In this document: one piece after another, positions 29,299 through 39,301 of the stretch | Numbering within the stretch: the first letter of the stretch is position 1 | Layout: the number at the start of each line of letters is the position of its first letter | From: Chloroflexota bacterium | Lineage (GTDB): Bacteria; Chloroflexota; UBA11872; VXOZ01 | DNA length: 64,000 nucleotides | Assembly (NCBI GenBank): GCA_963662335.2 | Contig: CAXXVD010000001.1 | Span: 352,001 to 416,000, forward strand | Reading direction: 5' to 3' | The notes under the pieces: generated by a model | Databases searched by the model: none | What the model was told of the DNA's origin: nothing | What the model saw: only the letters and a program-made list of their open reading frames with translations | Made by a program: the position numbers and the translations under genes

Positions 29299-29534
29299 GT
29301 CGTATCCCCCATTTTCCCTTCTCTGCGCTGCTCTTTGCTTTCGCGCTAACGCGCCGCCTTGCGCGCGCTCGCCGCCCACGCGGGTAACCGCACGCTCTTC
29401 CTTGCGCCTGGATTCGAGTCACACGCTATACTAACGTGCACGCGGCGGTCAACTATCCGCGCGCAAGAGCGTAGCAGGGCGGCCTTGCTCCCATAGAGTA
29501 GCATGAGTTTCCAACTTGGTAGGAGGACATTGGC

Positions 29535-30383
29535 ATGAAAGTGGTTGTAACCGGCGGCAGCGGCAAAATCGGACAGTACGTGGTGCGCGAACTTGCGCGG
29601 CATGGGCACGAGATCGTTTCGTTCGACCGGATAGCGCCGCCGGAACCGGAGCCCGGCGTCCACTACCGCCTGGGCGACCACGAGGACGAGGGTACGGTCT
29701 TCGAACTGCTGGCGCCGGCGCAGGCGGTAGTGCATCTTTCCGCCATTCCCTCACCGGGCAGGCACGCCAACGCGCACGTCTTCCGCACCAACGTGATGGG
29801 CACGTATAACGTGTGTGAGGCCGCCGCTACCCTGGGCCTGCGGAAGATCGTGGCTACCAGCAGCGTCAACGTGCTGGGCATGGGCTTCCGCTACCGGGAT
29901 TTTGCGCCCCACTATCTGCCGATGGACGAGAACCACCCCGACCTGCCGCAAGACCCGTACGGCCTCTCCAAAGTGGTGGGCGAAGACGTCGTGGACATGG
30001 CCCACCGGCGCACCGGCATCCCCGCCGTGTCGATCCGTCCGTCGCACGTGATCATGCCGGAGACCTGGCCGGAACGCGTCGCGGCGCTGGCTGCCGACTG
30101 CAACGCCTACTTCCGCGGCATCTGGGGCTATGCCGACGTGCGCGACCTGGCGGTGGGCTTTCGCCTGGCGCTGGAGACGGAATCCGCCGCGCAGGGCGCG
30201 TACTACATCGTGGCCGACGACGCTCTTTGCCCCATGCCGCTGGCCGAGGCTGCTCCCTTGGCGTTCCCGGGGATTGGTCAAATGGCGGCGCACCTCACTG
30301 GGACAGAGTCCGGCATTACGAATGCCAAGGCAAAGCGGGAATTGGGCTTTCAAGCACAGCATTCGTGGCGGGACTTTGCGTAA
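29535..30383 (+). CDS. NAD-dependent epimerase/dehydratase
   Basis: TGGSGKIG, YGLSK; AGGAGG RBS. Confidence 0.92.
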   Translation: MKVVVTGGSGKIGQYVVRELARHGHEIVSFDRIAPPEPEPGVHYRLGDHEDEGTVFELLAPAQAVVHLSAIPSPGRHANAHVFRTNVMGTYNVCEAAATLGLRKIVATSSVNVLGMGFRYRDFAPHYLPMDENHPDLPQDPYGLSKVVGEDVVDMAHRRTGIPAVSIRPSHVIMPETWPERVAALAADCNAYFRGIWGYADVRDLAVGFRLALETESAAQGAYYIVADDALCPMPLAEAAPLAFPGIGQMAAHLTGTESGITNAKAKRELGFQAQHSWRDFA

Positions 30384-30539
30384 AGCGCTGTGCTGTGAGC
30401 TTACGATTGGCTGTCCACCGGGAGGCGGCGAGATGCCTGCAAATCGCCACAGCGCCTTCGAGTTGCGCTGGCAGCGCACCGCTATGCCGGTGTAGTATAC
30501 TAAGGCAGACTGTCTGAGCAGCTTGAGAATCATGAGGGC

Positions 30540-30890
30540 GTGATGGACAACGTTCAATTCTTTAGCTTATTGGCAACACTCGTTATTGCAATGGCGGCGT
30601 TTGGTGGGCTAGTCATTGCGCAATACCGCGCGCTCGAGCGCCGCATCGAGAGACGGTTCTCCGATATGGACCAGCGGATTACCGCGCTAGACCAGCGAGT
30701 CTCCAAGCTAGACGAGCGGTTCTCTAGATTGGAAGTGCGCCTCTCCGCACTGGAGACGCAAGTGACCGCGCTGGAAACGCACGTAGTCGCTCTCGGAGAG
30801 CGTGTCTCCGACCTGAGCGAGCGCGTTTCGCGCATCGAAGGGCTGCTCCAAGGCATGTTTACACGCGTGGGCAGCGTCGAAGACAACTAG
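30540..30890 (+). CDS. N-terminally anchored coiled-coil protein
   Basis: One TM helix then heptads (LDQRVSK LDERFSR LEVRLSA LETQVTA) ending RVSRIEG. Confidence 0.7.
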   Translation: MMDNVQFFSLLATLVIAMAAFGGLVIAQYRALERRIERRFSDMDQRITALDQRVSKLDERFSRLEVRLSALETQVTALETHVVALGERVSDLSERVSRIEGLLQGMFTRVGSVEDN

Positions 30891-30980
30891 CAGTCCTATC
30901 CCCGTGTACCCTTGAGACGCGGCCTTGTGTCTCGCCGCTCGAAGCGTGGCTGCCCCTAGCACGACGTAATAAACAACACG

Positions 30981-32024
30981 ATGACACCGCCAATAAAGCT
31001 AACCAGTCTCGCCGCTTGCGCCGGCTGAGCGGGCAAACTCGGCCCGGCCGAGCTCGCGCAGGTGCTGCGCGCCTTTCCCTCCCAGGCCAATAGCAATCTG
31101 CTAGTGGGCCTCGCCGCGCCCGACGACGCCGCCGTCTACCGCCTGAACGACCGGCAGGCCGTCATCAGCACGGCGGACTTTTTTCCTCCCGTTGTGGACG
31201 ATCCGTATGACTATGGGCAAATCGCTGCCGCCAACGCCCTGAGCGACGTCTACGCCATGGGCGGCGAGCCGCTCTTTGCCCTGAACCTGGCCGGCTTTCC
31301 CGACGACCTGGACCTGGACATCCTGGGCCGTATCTTCCAGGGCGGCGCGGACAAGGTAAGCGAGGCCGGCGCGGTGATCGCGGGCGGGCACACGGTGACC
31401 GATGCGGAACCTAAGTACGGCCTGGCCGTGACCGGCCTGGCGCACCCCGACCGCCTCTTTACCAAGGCCGGCGCGCAACCGGGCGACCTGCTGGCGCTCA
31501 CCAAGCCGATCGGCACGGGGGTGATCACCACGGCCCACAAGCGCGATTGCGTCGAGGCCGCGCACTTTGATGAAGCCGTTGCCAGCATGTGCCGCCTAAA
31601 CGCCGGCGCGTCGCGGCTGCTGCAACAGATCAACGTACGCGCCTGCACCGACGTCACCGGCTACGGCCTGCTCGGCCACGCCATGGAGATGGCGCGCCAC
31701 GGCAGCGTGCGCTTTGCGATCGACGCGGAAGCCGTGCCCCTGCTGCCCGGCGCGTTGGCCTACGCCGAGGCCGACGTGGCGCCGGGCGGCCTGGACCGCA
31801 ACCGCGCCCACCTGCGGGACGAAGGGCTGCTCACGCTGGACGCCACCATCCCCCCGGCCTTGGCCGCGCTCCTCTTCGATCCCCAAACCAGCGGCGGCCT
31901 GCTGGCAGCCGTCCCACCGCGCGCGCAAGCGGGTCTCGCGCAGGCGTTCCGTACCGCTAACGAACCCTACTGGATTGTTGGCACGGTTACCGAGGGCAGC
32001 GGCATTGGTGTTGAGTCGGCGTAG
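30981..32024 (+). CDS. selD: Selenide, water dikinase with in-frame UGA (Sec16)
   Basis: MTPPIKLTSLAACAG-UGA-AGKL in frame with DDAAVY, DFF.PVVDDP, NALSDVYAMGG, GGHT, DVTGYGL, DPQTSGGLL. Confidence 0.95.
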
Positions 32025-32068
32025 CCGACACGGCGGCCCGCACGCGATACAATCGCCACGCGCGCGGC

Positions 32069-32713
32069 TCACCCTTCGTTTGCGCAACGTCGCGGCGCCT
32101 TCTCCCGCGCTCCGGCGGCCTCGTACGCCGTCCGCCACACGACCAGATCGGCAATCACGTTCCCGTCCGGCTCGGTGACCGTGGCGTGGCGGCTGAAGCC
32201 ATTCTTCGCAAAAGCGCGCTGGCTGCGGCGGTTTTCTTCCTTTACCAGGCCGAAGATGGCGTCGGCCTTCTCCGCGCTAAAGCCAAAGTCCACCAGCAGC
32301 CCAATCGCCTCCGTCCCGTAGCCGCGGCCCCAGAGCGCTTTCTCGCCGATCATCAGGTCGATCCGGCGCAGGTCGTGGTCGGGAAATTGCGAGACGATGC
32401 GTTGCAGGTTCATGCGTTGCAGCCAGCACTCGCCGATGGGATTCCCATCCACCTCCATGATGAAACAATAGGCGTGGGTGGAAATCCAGCGGTAGATGGT
32501 CTGCAATTCCGCCAATGTCGTTTCTTCGAATGGATTGGCGTCCGCGAGTTCCATCACCACCGGGTCGTTATTCCACGTGAGCAGCGCGTCCCAATCGCCT
32601 TCCGTCATGGGGCGCAGTGTCACCGCGCCGCCGCGCAGGATGACGTCGTGTGGCGCCAGCGACGAGGGCCGGCGTTCCGGCGTTGGCTGAAGTTCCGGGA
32701 TGACAGGGTTCAT
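32069..32713 (-). CDS. GNAT (RimJ/RimL-like) acetyltransferase
   Basis: LRPM...D, IGE..LWGRGYGTEA, N.RS...F.KNGF. Confidence 0.88.
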   Translation of the reverse strand: MNPVIPELQPTPERRPSSLAPHDVILRGGAVTLRPMTEGDWDALLTWNNDPVVMELADANPFEETTLAELQTIYRWISTHAYCFIMEVDGNPIGECWLQRMNLQRIVSQFPDHDLRRIDLMIGEKALWGRGYGTEAIGLLVDFGFSAEKADAIFGLVKEENRRSQRAFAKNGFSRHATVTEPDGNVIADLVVWRTAYEAAGAREKAPRRCANEG

Positions 32714-32811
32714 GGGAGTAGTATACTAGCAGAAGAAGCAGGAGCGCGGTGCAGCGCGGGCAGCCGCTTGCGCAGCACGCCGCCTTTTCACAGCATCGAG
32801 GAGCAACGCGC

Positions 32812-33516
32812 ATGAGCCAGGTACAAGAGCGAATAGCCGTCAGCACGGAGATCGACGAGCGGTGGCTGCCGCCGTCGCCGCACCGGGAGAAGATTCTGAA
32901 AAAAATCGCCCAGGGACGCGCCCACGTGGAAGAGGCCGGGCACGGCCAGCCGCCGCTGGTCTATTTCGAGGACGGCGGCATGATGGAGTTGCCCCGCGTG
33001 CGCTGGGCCGGCGCCAACCAGTTCGTGCCGGACATGTCGGAGGGTGAAGCCGCGCGCCAGACCCACTACACCGACGTCTGCGGCAGCATCGATGAATTGA
33101 AGCGCATCGAGGAAGAAGAACCGGCGCGGGTGCGGTCGGACGCCGCGCACGTCGAGGCGCTCCTGGACGACATCCAGCACATGATGGAGCGCATGCAGCG
33201 CCGCTGGGAGGTCTACCGGGAAGCCGCCGACGCGCTGCTGGATGCGGCCCAGGCGATGCAGGAGATTACCGGCCCGGACGTGCCCGGCGGCCTGGAGAAA
33301 CTGGCGGAGATGCGCCAATTCCTGCTGGAACGTCCCGACGAGGTGGCCGCCAACGTGCCCTGGCTCCACCAAACCGCCGAAGAGGTGCGCAGCGTGGCCG
33401 GCGCGAACGAAAAAACCCTCTACGCCTACCGCGAAGCCTGGATCGAAGCCGGCGCGGCCTACCTGCGCGTCAAAGGCAGCCGGGCGTGGAACAGCGAGAA
33501 TGGGCAGACTTCATGA
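32812..33516 (+). CDS. Hypothetical protein
   Basis: GAGGAG RBS, host-like codon usage, no recognised family. Confidence 0.75.
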   Translation: MSQVQERIAVSTEIDERWLPPSPHREKILKKIAQGRAHVEEAGHGQPPLVYFEDGGMMELPRVRWAGANQFVPDMSEGEAARQTHYTDVCGSIDELKRIEEEEPARVRSDAAHVEALLDDIQHMMERMQRRWEVYREAADALLDAAQAMQEITGPDVPGGLEKLAEMRQFLLERPDEVAANVPWLHQTAEEVRSVAGANEKTLYAYREAWIEAGAAYLRVKGSRAWNSENGQTS

Positions 33517-33593
33517 ACTCGCCTAACGAGGATGCCGCCACTTGCGTCGCGCTTCTTTCTGCGTAGCAAGCAGACCCAACAGAATGGCAATCG

Positions 33594-33989
33594 GTGAAGT
33601 TGCCCAATGCTTGTCAGGCCCGCATCGATAGGGAGAAGATTACGGGCTACTTGCTATCAACGACCAGCCCCCGCGGCCAATCGAAAGCACGCTTCTTCCT
33701 GCGATTTGGGTTTAGAGCCGAGCGTTGGCGGGACTTTGCGGAAACCCTTAGGCGTCATGGGGCGACTAACGAGATTGGCAAGGTTCTTCAGACGGTTTAC
33801 GGAAGTCGCTACTACGTGGCGGGCGCCATGCGAACACCGGATGGCCGCAATCCGCGTGTGGTGACCATCTGGCAAGTTGATCCGGGCAGCGATATTCCAA
33901 GACTCATTACGGCATACCCAGCAGGAGAAAGCGAGAGTGTTCAAGGAACACGAACAGATCGTCCTCGTGGCGGCAGTTCGCGGCGATGA
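33594..33989 (+). CDS. DUF6883-like protein (putative toxin)
   Basis: KI.GYLL....P.G..KA.FF..FGF, YG..Y, TPDGR, T.W, PRLITAYP. Confidence 0.75.
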   Translation: MKLPNACQARIDREKITGYLLSTTSPRGQSKARFFLRFGFRAERWRDFAETLRRHGATNEIGKVLQTVYGSRYYVAGAMRTPDGRNPRVVTIWQVDPGSDIPRLITAYPAGESESVQGTRTDRPRGGSSRR

Positions 33990-34179
33990 CGGAGAAGAAC
34001 TACAGCCGGGAGACGTCGGCAGCATCGTGCACGTGCATGCCAAGGGCGAAGCCTTCGTGGTGGAATTCATGGCCTGGGACGGCGAAACCGTAGCCATCGC
34101 TACAGTGTTGCCTTCGCAGGCGCGTCAGGTAACGAACGCTGACCTCGCACATGCCCGCGTGGTAGAGACGACTGCGTGA
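33937..34179 (+). CDS. DUF4926-like protein (putative antitoxin/immunity)
   Basis: KEHE.IVL, L.PGDVG.IVHV, A..VEF...DGET.A..TV. Confidence 0.8.
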   Translation: MFKEHEQIVLVAAVRGDDGEELQPGDVGSIVHVHAKGEAFVVEFMAWDGETVAIATVLPSQARQVTNADLAHARVVETTA

Positions 34180-34249
34180 ACGCTCCAAACTACACCTGCG
34201 GTCAACCCTTGGTGCAATGGGCCGTGGCGCTTGGTGGGAGAACGTGCCT

Positions 34250-34924
34250 CTATCCCGACTTATCGGGCAAATGCGGTATCAGCCACGCCAACAGGGCGTC
34301 GGTGCTGCGGGACTGGATGGTGATCGTGCCGGGGCCGGTGAGTTCCACCACCAGGCCTTCGCCGCTGAAGAAGGTGGACTTCATGCCGCCCACGCGCTTC
34401 ACGTTGTAGCCCACGCCTTCGGCGAACGAGACGATGTGGCCGGTGTCCACGGTGTAGGTTTGGCCCGCTTCCAGCGTGACCTCGTGAATGGCGCCGTAGC
34501 TGGAGAGGAAGACCGTGCCGCTGCCGCTGATCTTAAGCATGAAAAAGCCTTCGCCGGAGAAGAAGGTCTTGGCGCCGCCCCAGGAGGTATCCACGTCGAT
34601 GCCTTGGGTGGAGGCGATGTAGGCTCCCGACTGCGCGTAGATGGTCTCGCCGCGCAGTTCCACCGCGTAGACGTCGCCCGGCAGGCTGGGGGCAAAGTTC
34701 ACCTCGCCGTCCTGCGATGCGGTGAACGAATTGACGAAGAACGACTCGCCGCCCAGGACTTTGCGCTTCAAGCCGCCCAGCAGGCCGCCGCGCATACTGG
34801 TCTCGATTTCGATGCCGCTGGACATGCTGACCATCGCGCCCGATTCGGCGCTCACGCTCTCGCCGGCGGAAATCTCCATCCTGAGCAGGGCATACGACGG
34901 ACGATGCAGAATCTCGTAATCCAC
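34250..34924 (-). CDS. TIGR00266 / AIM24 family protein
   Basis: AESGAMV.MS, GGESFF.N, FFSGEG, VDTGH.V, GPG...IQSR. Confidence 0.9.
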   Translation of the reverse strand: MDYEILHRPSYALLRMEISAGESVSAESGAMVSMSSGIEIETSMRGGLLGGLKRKVLGGESFFVNSFTASQDGEVNFAPSLPGDVYAVELRGETIYAQSGAYIASTQGIDVDTSWGGAKTFFSGEGFFMLKISGSGTVFLSSYGAIHEVTLEAGQTYTVDTGHIVSFAEGVGYNVKRVGGMKSTFFSGEGLVVELTGPGTITIQSRSTDALLAWLIPHLPDKSG

Positions 34925-35019
34925 TTGGGCCTCCCTATGAGCCTGGAATAAGCACTGCACGCTAGGCATAGCGTACCGCATTGCGGGCGCGCGGCGCATC
35001 TTTGGGCAATCGGCGGGCC

Positions 35020-35874
35020 TTACTCGACGCTCTCCGCCAGCGCCTGCAGGTCGAGGCCGGGCACGTTCGTGCTCAGCACATGGATGCGCCCGTCGGCCAC
35101 CCAGACGAGCATCGGGTCGCCCTCATCCACGTCGTCGAAGAACCGCACCGCCGTTGCCGAGCCCACGCTCACCTCTTCAGACATGCCCTCCACCAGCGGC
35201 AGGAGCAGCGTGCTCTCCCAGTCGCTGACCGCACGAAGTTGCGCGGCCAGTTCCGGCGGCAGGATTTCCAATTCCAGCAGTTCGGCGCGTATGGCGTCCA
35301 TGTCTATCTCGCCGGGGACCGCCAGCGTGGGGCTGGTAGTTTGGAAGAGCCACACGCCCATGTCGGGATCCTCTTTCGCGGCATAGAAGAGCAGTCCCGC
35401 CTGGGGCATGGTGACGCGGAAGACCGCGCCTTCAAGGTTATCGGGAAGAATAGCGCCGTCGCCGCCCAGCGCCCAGATGTAGTTGCGCGCCACCGGCAAG
35501 TCAATCGTAAACGCGCCTTCTTCCTCATCCGTTATCTTGACCGTGGGTTCCGGCTGCACCGTGTCGGGCACCGCGGAGAGGCGCGCCAAACGGAAGCCCA
35601 GTTCCTCTTCCGCTTCCGCAAGCGAAACTTCGCGCGACTCGCCCGCGCCCGTGGGTTCTTCCACCCATTGGATGAGTGCGGCGTCCGGCTCCGGCAGCGA
35701 ATCCAGGAACTCCTGGGTAATTTGCACGGTCTGCGCCTGCTCGACCCGGAAGAGATTGAGGAACTGCTGGCCGGCGCTGCGCACGGAAGCGAAGATTATG
35801 ATGAGCAGAATGACCACGCCCACCGCCAAGGCGGAGACGCCGATCCATGCTCGTCTGTCGAGTGTCTGCAACAT
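35020..35874 (-). CDS. Membrane-anchored hypothetical protein
   Basis: N-terminal TM, FL.LFRVEQ, SL.EA...LGF, DW.STL.LP. Confidence 0.7.
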   Translation of the reverse strand: MLQTLDRRAWIGVSALAVGVVILLIIIFASVRSAGQQFLNLFRVEQAQTVQITQEFLDSLPEPDAALIQWVEEPTGAGESREVSLAEAEEELGFRLARLSAVPDTVQPEPTVKITDEEEGAFTIDLPVARNYIWALGGDGAILPDNLEGAVFRVTMPQAGLLFYAAKEDPDMGVWLFQTTSPTLAVPGEIDMDAIRAELLELEILPPELAAQLRAVSDWESTLLLPLVEGMSEEVSVGSATAVRFFDDVDEGDPMLVWVADGRIHVLSTNVPGLDLQALAESVE

Positions 35875-36437
35875 TCAACTCTTCCTTTCTGTTACGGTGG
35901 TTAGCGTGTTGAGAACTGTAATTCGCTTGCGTCTCCGTTCACCCTTCGACGGCGCTCAGTGCTAACGGAAACTAGAGTTTTCGACGGCCGCTCGCCCTTC
36001 GACGGCGCTCAGGGCGAACGGTAGTAAGGATTTCGAGAACTCGCGCGGGTTGTGCGGCACGGGTCTCGCATACGGGTCTTGTGTAGGGAATTCCGCCGCG
36101 CTCCATTCTAAACGGCAATTCTGAGTAGCCCCTGAGAGAAGCGCTCGCAACGCGCGAACCTCCGCACAATCGGCACGCGCCGCCCACGGCACGCTTGCCA
36201 CGTACCGCGAGCGTGGCCGCCCCGGTTGACTTAGGTAGGGACGCGGCGTATTGCGGCTGCGCAGCCGGGGGCAACCGGCCGTCTCTCCCTTCATCAGTAT
36301 ACTCTGCCGCGGGCGCCGCGTATGCTATACTGGCCTTGCGTCGGGCTGCGGCCGCAGACGCGCCGAAACCGGGGTGAACACAATGCGCATTTCCCCCGCT
36401 GCGTATTGCAACGGGGCCGTCTGGGAGGATGCGAGCC

Positions 36438-37373
36438 GTGGCGGCGGAGTTGGCAATCGAAACGCGGCAACTCACGAAGTACTACGGCAAGAGCCGCGGC
36501 GTGGTGGATCTGGACCTGGAGGTGCGGCGCGGCGAAATCTACGGCTTCGTCGGCCCCAACGGCGCGGGCAAGACGACCACGGTGCGCTTGCTGCTGGACC
36601 TCATCCGCCCCACGCGCGGTTCCGCCACCGTTCTCGGCATGGACGTGGTGGGCCAATCGAAAGCCATTCGCGCCCGCGTCGGCTTCCTGCCCGGCGAACT
36701 GCGCATGTACGAGAACCTCACCGGCCGGCAACTGCTGCGCTTCTTCGGCAGCGTGCGCGGCGTGACGGACCTGACGTACGTTCACGAATTGGGCGAGCGC
36801 CTGAGCGCGGCGCTCGACCGCCGCATCAGCACGCTCTCCCGGGGCAACAAGCAGAAGATCGGCGTGCTCCAGGCGCTCATGCACCGGCCCGACCTGGTGC
36901 TCTTCGATGAGGCCACCAGCGGCCTCGACCCGCTCATGCAACAGGAACTCTACGGCATCCTGGACGAATACCGCCAGCAAGGCGGCACGGTCTTCTTTTC
37001 CAGCCACTACCTGGACGAGGTGGAGCGCATCTGCGACCGGGTGGGCGTAATCCGCGACGGCCGGCTCATTCTGAGCGACACCTTGGAAGCGATCCAGGAG
37101 AAGCACGTGCGGCGGTTGCGCCTGGATTTCGCCGAGCCGCCGCCGGCTGACTTCCTCAGCGACGTGCCCGGCGTGCAGAAGGAATCGCAAGAGGGCGCGA
37201 CGGTGGTCGCGCTGGTGCAGGACAACCTGGCCGGCGCGCTCAAGGAAGCGGCGCGCTACACCGTGGTGGACATCGAATACCAGGAGCGCCGCCTGGAAGA
37301 CATCTTCCTCCAGTACTACGATATGCGCGAGGACGCACATGCTGCGGAATCTACTGCTCAAGACTCTGCGTGA
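36438..37373 (+). CDS. ABC transporter ATP-binding protein
   Basis: GPNGAGKTT, LSRGNKQK, DEATSGLDP, SSH. Confidence 0.95.
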   Translation: MAAELAIETRQLTKYYGKSRGVVDLDLEVRRGEIYGFVGPNGAGKTTTVRLLLDLIRPTRGSATVLGMDVVGQSKAIRARVGFLPGELRMYENLTGRQLLRFFGSVRGVTDLTYVHELGERLSAALDRRISTLSRGNKQKIGVLQALMHRPDLVLFDEATSGLDPLMQQELYGILDEYRQQGGTVFFSSHYLDEVERICDRVGVIRDGRLILSDTLEAIQEKHVRRLRLDFAEPPPADFLSDVPGVQKESQEGATVVALVQDNLAGALKEAARYTVVDIEYQERRLEDIFLQYYDMREDAHAAESTAQDSA

Positions 37374-38142
37374 CCAGCGCATCCCGGTGCTGGCCTACGG
37401 GCTGGGCTTGGGCGCGCTGGCGCTGCTGATCATCGCGATCTATCCCACGTTTGCCGAGGGCGGCGCCGAGATGGAGGCGGCGATGGAAAACTTGCCGGAG
37501 GCCTATAAGGCCTTTACCGGCGGCGTGCTCTCATTGACCGAGTTCGACGGCTACCTGGTGTCGCAATACCTGATCATCCTGCCGCTCATCCTGGCGATCT
37601 TCGCCATCATCGAGGGCACCGGCGCGCTGCGTGGTGAAGAGGAACGCGGCACCATGGAAGCCCTGCTCTCGCTGCCCATATCCCGCAGCCAGGTCGTGCT
37701 GCACAAGGCGGCCGCCGCGCTGCTGAGCCTCGTCGTCGTCCTCTTGATCATCGGCGTCGTGCTTTGGGTGAGCGCCGGCTTCGTAGAAGGAGCCACGTTG
37801 GCAATCGACCGCCTCGGCGTAATCCTGCTCAATACCTTTGGCATGGGCGCGCTCTTCTATTGCTTCTCGCTCTTCCTCTCCGCTTCGCTGCCGTCGCGCC
37901 GGCTGGCCGGGGTTATCGGGGCCGTGTTCGCCGTCGGCGCGTACTTCTTCGACGCCATGGCGGACATCGTCGAGAACCTCCACGACTATCGTTTCCTGGG
38001 GCCGTTCAACTACTTCGACCCGCTGGCAATCCTGAAAGAAGACCTCTCTTTCCAGGATTCCGGCGTGCTGCTCGGCGCCAGCCTGGTCCTGCTGATTGGC
38101 GCAATGCTCATCTTCCGCCGCCGGGATATTGCCGGTATCTAG
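37339..38142 (+). CDS. ABC-2 type permease
   Basis: Six TM segments, GEEERGT.E.LLS.P.SR, F.RRDI. Confidence 0.9.
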   Translation: MLRNLLLKTLRDQRIPVLAYGLGLGALALLIIAIYPTFAEGGAEMEAAMENLPEAYKAFTGGVLSLTEFDGYLVSQYLIILPLILAIFAIIEGTGALRGEEERGTMEALLSLPISRSQVVLHKAAAALLSLVVVLLIIGVVLWVSAGFVEGATLAIDRLGVILLNTFGMGALFYCFSLFLSASLPSRRLAGVIGAVFAVGAYFFDAMADIVENLHDYRFLGPFNYFDPLAILKEDLSFQDSGVLLGASLVLLIGAMLIFRRRDIAGI

Positions 38143-38374
38143 AGCCACCGGCTTGGTTTGCGGCTGGCTCCGCAGTCGCAAACGGATTTTCTCTGGAGAT
38201 TACTTGTGGTATGAATGCGGAAGTTTTACCTTCGCTATCCTCAATGAACCAATCCCCTCTTCAATTTGGATTATTCGGGGTGACATTTAAGTTGTTCTTT
38301 GATATTGTGGAAAAGGGTCGCCTCGCAGCGAGTGCACTGTGAAGTGAGCCAATTTCAGCAGGCAGGAGGACAAG

Positions 38375-38533
38375 ATGGGTAAACAGAGCGATCTCGACAA
38401 CCACGCCGATCAGCTCAACCCCAACAACGATGCCTACTGGGAGTCGAGGGGATTTGACGAGCGGCCTGACGATTGGGAAGAGCGCGTCGAAGAGGATGAG
38501 GAGGAAGCTGAGCAAAGCCCCCGCACCAAGTAG
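38375..38533 (+). CDS. 52-aa acidic small protein with DNHA.QLNPNN.AYW.SRG motif (absent from the ORF track)
   Basis: AGGAGG RBS; MGKQSDLDNHADQLNPNNDAYWESRGFDERPDDWEERVEEDEEEAEQSPRTK. Confidence 0.8.
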   Translation: MGKQSDLDNHADQLNPNNDAYWESRGFDERPDDWEERVEEDEEEAEQSPRTK

Positions 38534-38822
38534 GTGCTAGCACACACTTGACACCGTGGCAAGAGCCTGGTCAGTAGCGGCCCCACCAGGCTCTCGCTGC
38601 GGGATAGACTACAATTAGAACTGCACTTACGCCAAAGTACAGCCAAGCGGGCGTTCCAAACCAAGTTTGGCAGCGGCACAAGCGGATACTATAATCGAAG
38701 TACATAAAGTCGGAACTACAATCATGTGCGCGTTCGGTGCACGTGTGGTGGAGTGCAGAAGTCCCCGGCGGACGTAGATCGCCGAATCGGCGATGCGACG
38801 CGAACGAAGGGAGAAACGAGCG

Positions 38823-39224
38823 ATGCCGCGGCTGGACACCCACAGGGCAGTAAAGACGCTTACGGGCGCGGGCTTTCAAGAGCATCAGGCGGAAGCCCTA
38901 GTCGGTGTGGTCGGCGAGGAACATGAAGACCTGGCCACCAAACCTGACCTTGCTGCGATGCGTGCGGAGATGGCAACCAAAGCCGACATAGCCGACGTCC
39001 GGGAGGAGATGGCAACCAAGGCCGACCTCGCCGGTGTGCGCGAAGAAATGGCAACCAAGGCCGACCTCGCTGCCGTGCGGGAGGAGATGGCTACCAAAAC
39101 AGACCTGCGTGAACTGGAATTGCGCATGACGATTCGCTTGGGTGGAATCGTGGCTATCGCGGCTGCTTTGGTGATCGCAATTCAGGGACTCCTGCTGGCG
39201 TTTCTTCAAGGCGCATTTTCTTAG
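38823..39224 (+). CDS. DUF1640/CCDC90-like membrane-anchored coiled-coil protein with 13-aa repeats
   Basis: DTH.AVK.L..AGF...QAEA head, (EMATKADLAxVRE) repeats, LELRMTIRLG and C-terminal TM. Confidence 0.85.
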   Translation: MPRLDTHRAVKTLTGAGFQEHQAEALVGVVGEEHEDLATKPDLAAMRAEMATKADIADVREEMATKADLAGVREEMATKADLAAVREEMATKTDLRELELRMTIRLGGIVAIAAALVIAIQGLLLAFLQGAFS

Positions 39225-39301
39225 GCGCAGATTCCAGGAGTGCTGACTATAGGCGAGAGATCGGCGCAGCCGTGCCGCTACCGCGATTGGGAGTCTGTTC
39301 T

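Noticed and set aside
30981-31061. selD as a pseudogene or N-terminally truncated gene
   Set aside because: The UGA is at the catalytic Cys/Sec position with an intact frame on both sides
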